Shown in pieces: positions 49,913 through 56,778 of a stretch of 56,778 bases of DNA (position 1 is the stretch's first letter; the number at the start of each line of letters is the position of its first letter). A program made the position numbers and the translations under genes. This DNA comes from Kiritimatiellia bacterium (GTDB lineage Bacteria; Verrucomicrobiota; Kiritimatiellia; RFP12; JBMNHG01): NCBI GenBank assembly GCA_050950285.1, contig JBMNHG010000006.1, positions 479,167 to 535,944 on the forward strand. Reading direction: 5' to 3'. The notes beneath the pieces are model-generated. The model saw only the letters and a program-made list of their open reading frames with translations. It ran no database searches and was not told the origin of the DNA.

Positions 49913-50796
49913 GTCAAAACAACCGTGTTACCTTGCGCGTGTGGGGCGACTTCGCCTGTTTCACACGGCCTGAAATGAAAGTCGAACGTGTCAGTTATCC
50001 GGTGATGACTCCATCGGCGGCCAGAGGCATTCTTGAGGCAGTCTTCTGGGAGCCGGAAATGTATTATCTGATCGACACAATCCATGTTGTCAAACGCGGG
50101 GCGTGGTTCTCAACCCGCCGCAACGAGGTCAACTCCGTTGTGAGCATGGCTAACATCAAACAATGGATGAAATCACCCGAAAAATCAAAACCGATACAAG
50201 CTGGCGCGGGAGTAGACGGGATGACACAGCGCAACATGCTTGCCTTGCGGGATGTCGAATACCTCATTACCGCCGAAGTCAGGCTGACGGAACTCGCAAA
50301 CCGTTCTTCTGACAACATCGCAAAATATATCGAGCAAATCAGACGCCGCGCCTCTTCGGGAAAATGCTTCTATCGGCCATATCTGGGAGTGAGAGAATTC
50401 GATGCGTTCTTCGAGTTCGTAGATGACGCGCAGGAGGCTTTCGACACGAGCAATGCAGTTCCTATCCGTTACGAACCGCTTGGATTGATGCTCTACGATG
50501 TCTTTGACTATCGGCTCTTCGAGAGAGGATTCAAATGGCTGGATGCCGATCAGCTTGAAACCGCGCGTCGGAAGTTCGAGAAAGGTATCGAGGGGCTGAA
50601 AAAGGGTGAAGCTACAAAACGAAGGAAGGAATATCTTGCGGATGCCAATCGCCTGTTTATGGGTGAGAAAATCAAACCGCAGCCCTCTTTTTTCCAAGCC
50701 GAAATCAAAGACAATACCCTGCATTGTCACCCCGATGATGACGATGTGGAGATCATTGTTCAGAACGATGTGGAGGGCCCTGACTCATGCTGCTGA
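49909..50796 (+). CDS. cas5: Type I-C Cas5 (Cas5c/Cas5d)
   Basis: VWGDFACFTRPEMKVERVSYPVMTPSAARGILEAVFWEP, PYLGVREF, LGLMLYD. Confidence 0.95.
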   Translation: MSQNNRVTLRVWGDFACFTRPEMKVERVSYPVMTPSAARGILEAVFWEPEMYYLIDTIHVVKRGAWFSTRRNEVNSVVSMANIKQWMKSPEKSKPIQAGAGVDGMTQRNMLALRDVEYLITAEVRLTELANRSSDNIAKYIEQIRRRASSGKCFYRPYLGVREFDAFFEFVDDAQEAFDTSNAVPIRYEPLGLMLYDVFDYRLFERGFKWLDADQLETARRKFEKGIEGLKKGEATKRRKEYLADANRLFMGEKIKPQPSFFQAEIKDNTLHCHPDDDDVEIIVQNDVEGPDSCC

Positions 50797-52837
50797 AACA
50801 TCTCTACGATTATGCGCACTCAAGAAACCTCCTTGCGGACGTGGCGTTTACACCCAAAGCCGTTCGCTGGGTTATTGACCTTGACGCGGATGGCAATTTG
50901 TTGGGACAAGGGCCAACCAACACAAATCCGAACGAGAAGCGTGGTGAAGAGTTTCCCTGCCCTTGGACTCTGCTTATGGGTAACAGCGGCAAAATCAGTA
51001 ACTTCTTGACAGGGGGAATCGACTCTGTTTTTGGGCTCAGCCCGAATCCCAACAAGCCCAAGAATGAGGCCAAACTGGCTGCTAAATATGAACATTTCTG
51101 GAGCCAGATCATTGAATGCGCAAAAGCCGTGCCGTGTGTTTCAGCAGTCGTCAAATTCAAAAACCAAATGGGGTCACCGCCCTCATTTCTACAAATCGAT
51201 GGAACAGGCTGGCAGGTGTGTTCTGCACAAGGCTCATGCGTTAAGCTTAAAGACGAATTGTTCACCTTCCGCGTGGACGGAGTCCTGCTCATTGAGCATG
51301 AACCCGTCAAACAGTGGTGGCGCGAGCAGTTCAGAAGCGAAGTGAACGCAACAAAGAAGAGTGCCCAGCGGGGCGTGTGCATCGTCACTGGAGAACGCGA
51401 CCAAGCGCTTGCGGACACGCACAGCGTCAAGATTATGGGGCTCCCTGATGGTCAACAGTCAGGAGCCGCCCTTGTCTCTTTCGATAAACCGGCATTTTCT
51501 TCCTACGGCTTTTCGCAAAGTCTAAATTGCCCTACTTCAGTTGATTCCGCACTGGCCTACGCCATTGCCTTGAACGACCTGATCAAATCCGACGACACAT
51601 CTCTTCGGCTTGGCGGCACCGTACTTTGTTTTTGGGCGAGAGACTTGAAGACCTTTGGCAGTTGGATGGCTGGACTACTTAACAAGCCGGATCCGCTGGC
51701 CGTTTCGAAGTTTATGAAGTCGCCATGGGCAGGCGTGGATCGTGAGCTGGCGAAGAAAGACCTCTTTATCGCTGTCGCGCTCAAGGGCTGTAAGGGCGTG
51801 TCGCAGTCAGCCACTGGGTCCAAGAACCGCTTGATCAGGCTGTTGAAAACTTTCAAAAGTGGTTTGCCGATCTTGAAATTGATTCACCGCCGCGTCAAAC
51901 GGCTCAAGCAACACGACCAGACGCGGACACAAACCGAGAACACCGTCCGCTTTCGATCTACTGGCTTGCCAGCACAATGGCACCTTTAACACGGGACAAA
52001 GGCAGAGTAAAAGCTGACATGGACAAACTCCGCCCGGAGGTTCCCTTTCAGCTTTATAGTGCCGCATTAGAAGGACGCGCGCCATCCACACAAATCATTA
52101 CATCTATTCTTGATCAATTAAAGTCGCGCTTCTTTAGCGATGATACTTACCGACTTAAGTACGATCAAAGCCGCTTCGCTCTTCTCAAGCTCATTCTCAA
52201 CCGCAACAGAAAGGAATCCGACATGGAAATCAGACCGCGACTCACTGCCGACACGGATGATCCCGCCTATAACTGCGGGAGGTTGCTTTCGGTACTTGCC
52301 GAAGCTCAGAACAAGGCTCATGACTACAAGCTTACGGGGCCAGGCGTGGTGGAACGCTACTTTGGCACCGCCAGCGTCTCCCCCGCCAGTGTGTTCCCCT
52401 TGTTGTCCAGACTTAACCGTCACCATCTCAGCAAAATCAGCAAATCGCCAAAATGGAAAGGGCACGAAAAGTATCTGGAAAGTTGTATCAACTCAATATC
52501 GGCCAAGTTCAGGCCGGACGGCGCAAAGCTTCCGCCACAGTTCCCGCGCACATTGTCGTTGCTGGAACAAGGGCGCTTTGCTTTGGGTTTCTACCAGCAG
52601 CAGGCTGAAGACGAGCGATCGCGTATCGCAAACCGGGTGCTGAAATACCTGGAAGAGACGGAGCCCGCGAGGCATGCGGCAGTGCTCGCCGTGCGCGAAA
52701 GCGACCTTCAATCATTTTATGAGCAGATCGACAGCCACTATGGATCCGCATCTTTCAAGGAATGGGCGAAGGATCGCAAACGGCGAGCATCCGCAGCATC
52801 AGAACCGGACGAAGACGACCTTTTCGACAACGCTTAG
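50787..52837 (+). CDS. cas8c: Type I-C large subunit Cas8c/Csd1, with -1 frameshift at 51794-51796
   Basis: C.VTGE, GAALVSFDKPAFSSYG, AYNCGRLL, LLEQGRFALGFYQQ; adding one G at AAGGG gives KGRVAVSHWVQEPLDQAVENFQKWF and joins ORF 51977..52837. Confidence 0.9.
52223..52837 (+). CDS. cas11: Cas11c small subunit from an internal in-frame start in cas8c
   Basis: AGAAAGGAATCCGAC-ATG at 52223, just before PAYNCGRLL; internal Cas11 translation is established for type I-C. Confidence 0.72.
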   Translation: MEIRPRLTADTDDPAYNCGRLLSVLAEAQNKAHDYKLTGPGVVERYFGTASVSPASVFPLLSRLNRHHLSKISKSPKWKGHEKYLESCINSISAKFRPDGAKLPPQFPRTLSLLEQGRFALGFYQQQAEDERSRIANRVLKYLEETEPARHAAVLAVRESDLQSFYEQIDSHYGSASFKEWAKDRKRRASAASEPDEDDLFDNA

Positions 52838-52877
52838 TTAACGCATCAACCAACCAAACCACCAAAGGAACATCATC

Positions 52878-53861
52878 ATGAGTATTCTTACCAACCGCCA
52901 CGACTTCCTTCTCCTCTTGGAGGTCACCAACGGCAACCCCAACGGCGACCCCGATGCCGGCAACATGCCCCGGATTGACCCCAACACAAACAGGGGCATC
53001 GTCACGGATGTTTGCCTCAAGCGTAAAATCCGTAATTTTGTCGAGCTTTTCCCGCCAGAACGTGAATCCGATGTCGCCAACGGTTTTAACATCCTCATCA
53101 AACAGGGTGCCGTCATTGAAACCGAGCAAAAGCCCGCGATTGCCGCTGCGAAGGACAAGGCCAACGAAGCCAAGCTGGAGGGTTCGAGCGAGGCGGAAAG
53201 AGCCAAAAACTGGCTCTGCCGTGAGTTTTATGATGTGCGCGCCTTTGGCGGCGTACTCGGCGTCGGTGATGAAGTTATGAAGGGATCAGCATTTGGCCAG
53301 GTTCGCGGCCCTGTGCAGTTATCGTTTGGACAGTCGGTAGATCCCATTACGCCCCTTGAAATCACCATCACACGATGCGCAGTCGCTGCCGAAAGGGACA
53401 AGGACAAAGAGCGCACGATGGCTAACAAGCACATTGTTCCGTACGCGCTTTATGTCGCCAAAGGGTATGTCTCACCGGCATTTGCCGAACGCACGGGGTT
53501 CACGCAGGCCGATCTGGATCTCTTTTTCCAGGCGCTGGCCAACATGTTCGAGCATGACCGTTCAGCCGCGCGGGGCGAAATGGTAGTGCGCGGCATCTAT
53601 GACTTCGAGCACATCGGAACTCATGCTGCCTCAAATGACGCAACGCAACAAGCCCAGAATCTTCGTGAGGCTCGTCTCGGTTGCGCGCACGCGCACAAGC
53701 TGTTTGAAGGAATTCAAATCGTCTTGAAGCCAGGCAAGGAGTTCCCCGAGTCGTTTGCAGACTACACGGTCAAGAACTTCTGGACAGGAGACGGTCTCGA
53801 TTCCGGCGAGGAGAAGAGAGACCTTCCCGCAGGTATAAAGTTGCACCTGCGCCACGAATGA
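52878..53861 (+). CDS. cas7: Type I-C Cas7/Csd2
   Basis: NGNPNGDPDAGNMPR, TDVCLKRKIRN, DVRAFG, GQVRGPVQ, EHDRSAARG. Confidence 0.96.
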   Translation: MSILTNRHDFLLLLEVTNGNPNGDPDAGNMPRIDPNTNRGIVTDVCLKRKIRNFVELFPPERESDVANGFNILIKQGAVIETEQKPAIAAAKDKANEAKLEGSSEAERAKNWLCREFYDVRAFGGVLGVGDEVMKGSAFGQVRGPVQLSFGQSVDPITPLEITITRCAVAAERDKDKERTMANKHIVPYALYVAKGYVSPAFAERTGFTQADLDLFFQALANMFEHDRSAARGEMVVRGIYDFEHIGTHAASNDATQQAQNLREARLGCAHAHKLFEGIQIVLKPGKEFPESFADYTVKNFWTGDGLDSGEEKRDLPAGIKLHLRHE

Positions 53862-54532
53862 TGTTTACCGAAGAACAACTCTTGCCCCTCTCGGCGGTCA
53901 GCCACTATGCGCACTGCCACCGACGCTGCGCACTGATCCACCTGGAGCGGATCTGGAGTGAAAACCTCCAGACCGCCGAGGGCCGTGTACTGCATGATAA
54001 GACCGACAAGGGTAAAGGCGAATCGCGCGGCGACATCCGAATCCTGCGCAGCCTGCGCCTGCGGTCGCTGCGTCTGGGAATCACCGGAATCGCGGATGTC
54101 GTAGAATTGCATCGGGTTTCACAGGAGGATGGCGGCATTACTTTGCCAAGGGTGAGCGGATTCTGGCGTCCGTTTCCCGTGGAATTCAAGCGGGGCACTG
54201 CCAAGAATGACCAGAGCTATCGGGTGCAGTTGTGTGCCCAGGCTCTTTGTCTGGAGGAGATGCTCAGCGTCACCATTCCGGAAGGCGCCTTGTTCTCCGG
54301 CAAGCAGCAGCACCGCCGCCAGGTCGTCTTCGATAATGTGCTCCGTGAAGAGACAGAGTGCGCCTGCCGCGGTCTGCATGAGCTCTTCGCATCGGGCATC
54401 ACGCCGCCACCCGTCTATGGGAAGTGGTGTGAGTCCTGCTCCCTTATCGAGGAGTGCCAACCCAGACTGCTCGCCAAGAAGCGCTCGGCCAGGAAATGGC
54501 TGGAACGCGAGATGGAGCGTGTGCTGGCATGA
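53858..54532 (+). CDS. cas4: CRISPR-associated Cas4
   Basis: HCHRRC, DVVE, PVEFKRG, QLCAQA, CESCSLIEEC. Confidence 0.95.
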   Translation: MMFTEEQLLPLSAVSHYAHCHRRCALIHLERIWSENLQTAEGRVLHDKTDKGKGESRGDIRILRSLRLRSLRLGITGIADVVELHRVSQEDGGITLPRVSGFWRPFPVEFKRGTAKNDQSYRVQLCAQALCLEEMLSVTIPEGALFSGKQQHRRQVVFDNVLREETECACRGLHELFASGITPPPVYGKWCESCSLIEECQPRLLAKKRSARKWLEREMERVLA

Positions 54533-55551
54533 AGAAGCTCCTGAACACCCTCTATGTCTCCACCCAGGGCATCTATCTCCACCGCGAAGGCGAGACGGTG
54601 GTGGCCCGGCTCGACCGCGAACCCAAACTGCGCCTGCCTATCCACACCCTCTCCGGCATCGTCTGCTTCGGCAATGTGCTCTGCAGCCCCTTCCTGCTCG
54701 GCCTTTGCGGCGAGCGTGGCGTGCAGGTCAGCTTTCTCACCGAACACGGACGCTTCCTGGCCCGCGTAAGCGGCGCCGTCTCGGGCAATGTGCTGCTGCG
54801 CCGCGAGCAGGTGCGGCGTGCCGACAACCCCGCCGCATCCCTCACCATTGCCCGCAGTTTCGTGCTCGGCAAGCTGGCCAACAGCCGTACCGTCATGCAG
54901 CGCGCCCTCCGCGACCACGGCCCGGATGCGGCTCTGGAGACAGCCGTGAACACGCTGGCCAACGCCATCCGGCGCGCCGGGGAGGCGGACGACATTGATA
55001 TCCTGCGCGGCATCGAGGGCGAGGCCGCCAACGCCTATTTCGGTGCCTTCAACGGCATGATCGTCGCCCAGAAGGAGTGCTTCCACATGGCCGGAAGGTC
55101 GCGCCGTCCGCCTCTGGATCCGCTCAACGCGCTGCTTTCGTTCCTCTACACCCTGCTGACGCACGACTGCACGTCAGCGCTGGAGGGCGTGGGACTCGAC
55201 CCCCAGATGGGGTTCCTGCATGCCCTGCGTCCCGGCCGCCCCAGTTTGGCACTCGACCTGATGGAGGAGTTCCGTTCGGTACTGGCCGACCGCGTGGCGC
55301 TCTCGCTGATCAACCTCAAGCAGATCAACGCCCGCAGCTTCACCACATCCGAGTCCGGCGCGGTGGTCATGAAGGACGATGACCGCAAGAACGTGTTGAA
55401 AGCCTGGCAGCAGAAGAAACAGGAGACCCTGCAACACCCCTTTCTCGACGAGAAGGTTCAGATCGGACTTTTGCCGCACGCGCAGGCGCTGCTTCTGGCG
55501 CGCCATCTGCGCGGCGATCTCGATGCCTACCCACCCTTCCTGTTGAAATAG
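54529..55551 (+). CDS. cas1: Type I-C Cas1
   Basis: MKKLLNTLYV, GNVLLRREQ, LRGIEG.AA..YF, NALLSFLY, LALDLMEEFR. Confidence 0.97.
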   Translation: MKKLLNTLYVSTQGIYLHREGETVVARLDREPKLRLPIHTLSGIVCFGNVLCSPFLLGLCGERGVQVSFLTEHGRFLARVSGAVSGNVLLRREQVRRADNPAASLTIARSFVLGKLANSRTVMQRALRDHGPDAALETAVNTLANAIRRAGEADDIDILRGIEGEAANAYFGAFNGMIVAQKECFHMAGRSRRPPLDPLNALLSFLYTLLTHDCTSALEGVGLDPQMGFLHALRPGRPSLALDLMEEFRSVLADRVALSLINLKQINARSFTTSESGAVVMKDDDRKNVLKAWQQKKQETLQHPFLDEKVQIGLLPHAQALLLARHLRGDLDAYPPFLLK

Positions 55552-55566
55552 AAACGAGATAACGCC

Positions 55567-55857
55567 ATGCTGGTTCTAGTGAGTTACGATGTCAGCACAG
55601 TTGACCCGGCGGGCCGCAGACGGCTGCGCCATGTCGCCAAGACCTGCGTAAACTTCGGCATCCGCGTACAGAACTCCGTCTTCGAGTGCAACGTCGATCC
55701 CGCGCAATGGACGGCCCTGCGCGCCAGGTTGCTGGAGTTGTACGAACCGGAGTCCGACAGCCTGCGCTTCTACTTTCTGGGCGACAACTACCAGCGACGT
55801 ATCGAGCATCATGGAGCCAAGCCGGCGGTGGACGTAGAAGAGCCGCTGATTTTGTGA
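55567..55857 (+). CDS. cas2: Cas2
   Basis: MLVLVSYDV, RVQNSVFEC, DSLRFY. Confidence 0.97.
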   Translation: MLVLVSYDVSTVDPAGRRRLRHVAKTCVNFGIRVQNSVFECNVDPAQWTALRARLLELYEPESDSLRFYFLGDNYQRRIEHHGAKPAVDVEEPLIL

Positions 55858-56036
55858 GCGCGAACCCCAAGCTCACAGAAAAACGGCAGCAGACGCCGAA
55901 ATGCGCTAAGTCATTGCACGGCAACCAACTGTCACAATTTTACGATCTTTGGCAACTGAATAATTCGCCCGCATCAGAGAGGTTCGCGGAAAGTCCGTGC
56001 TAGAACACTGATGCCGAACATGCTACACTACCCACC
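55858..56036 (+). promoter_or_regulatory. CRISPR leader
   Basis: Lower-GC stretch between cas2 and repeat 1, with the GCGAACC...GGTTCGC inverted motif commonly seen in I-C leaders. Confidence 0.75.
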
Positions 56037-56778
56037 GTCGCGCCCCACGCGGGCGCGCGAATTGAAACTGCCGGGCTGTCCAGGCCCACGCCTATCCGGC
56101 CGGCTAGTCGCGCCCCACGCGGGCGCGCGAATTGAAACGACTCACGGCGCGTGCCGCCAGCGGATCGCGCCGCGGCGGTCGCGCCCCACGCGGGCGCGCG
56201 AATTGAAACTCGGCGGCGGGGACGCCGCGGCAGCCACATTGCGCCGACGTCGCGCCCCACGCGGGCGCGCGAATTGAAACCTTCCGGCGCGTCTCGGTCG
56301 GCTAGCCCGCGAGCGGTCGTCGCGCCCCACGCGGGCGCGCGAATTGAAACGCGCCAGTGTTTTTTTTGGCGGCCGCTTTCTTTGTCGCGCCCCACGCGGG
56401 CGCGCGAATTGAAACCGCCTTGTTTGCGAGCCCCAGCTTGTCGGTGTTCGTCGCGCCCCACGCGGGCGCGCGAATTGAAACGCCACTCTCAAAGCGCCTA
56501 TACGATAGCTTCTAGTCGCGCCCCACGCGGGCGCGCGAATTGAAACGGGTCTGGTATGGTGGGTGACGGTGGTCGTGGTGGTCGCGCCCCACGCGGGCGC
56601 GCGAATTGAAACTTCCTGTCGAGCGGGCGATCGACCTCCGAGTATGTCGCGCCCCACGCGGGCGCGCGAATTGAAACTAATGTGGGGCATCGCCTACGCT
56701 GACGGGCGCATGTCGCGCCCCACGCGGGCGCGCGAATTGAAACACCGGCAAAGTTGGCCGGAGCACAGGGCCGGTAAG
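56037..56778 (+). CRISPR. Type I-C CRISPR array: 11 identical 32-nt repeats GTCGCGCCCCACGCGGGCGCGCGAATTGAAAC; truncated by the window end
   Basis: Repeats start at 56037, 56107, 56178, 56249, 56319, 56384, 56450, 56515, 56581, 56646, 56712; spacers 38, 39, 39, 38, 33, 34, 33, 34, 33, 34 nt plus a final one of at least 34 nt. Confidence 0.99.

Noticed and set aside
49360..51800. Programmed ribosomal frameshifting in cas3 or cas8c
   Set aside because: No canonical X XXY YYZ slippery heptamer at either site
56000..56690. ORFs overlapping the CRISPR array
   Set aside because: Artefacts of translating repeats and spacers
56069..56778. Spacer matches within this window
   Set aside because: None noticed by eye; needs a proper alignment to exclude
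1..56778. tRNA, rRNA, riboswitch/T-box, transposase or integrase
   Set aside because: No supporting motifs seen; intergenic gaps before serS, glnA and the Fe/B12-type ATPase are too short or lack consensus

Overview
High-GC (~70% by eye) bacterial chromosomal window. The gene content suggests the PVC superphylum, possibly Kiritimatiellota-like; this is inference only. From left to right: (1) the 5' end of a Type IIG/ISP-like restriction-modification gene with a coupled ribbon-helix-helix gene; (2) a minus-strand run of nrnA, THUMP rRNA methyltransferase, secreted CxxCxGxG-rich protein, membrane Ser/Thr kinase, U32/RlhA-like protein and a 1648-aa secreted GH-A/NPCBM protein; (3) housekeeping genes including serS; (4) a ~3.9-kb tandem duplication of a 14-repeat FG-GAP surface-protein gene, both copies with indels, next to a ktrB remnant; (5) scattered metabolic and transport genes (sorE-like, malic enzyme, xylB, GGGtGRT/NifU-like pair, glnA, putP); (6) a lower-GC type I-C CRISPR-Cas locus whose array runs off the window end. 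Most notable: cas3 and cas8c each carry a -1 frameshift while cas4/cas1/cas2 are intact, and the four leader-proximal spacers are 38-39 nt and 74-82% GC, versus 33-34 nt and 48-65% GC for the older ones. All calls come from reading the sequence and motifs by eye; no database searches were run.
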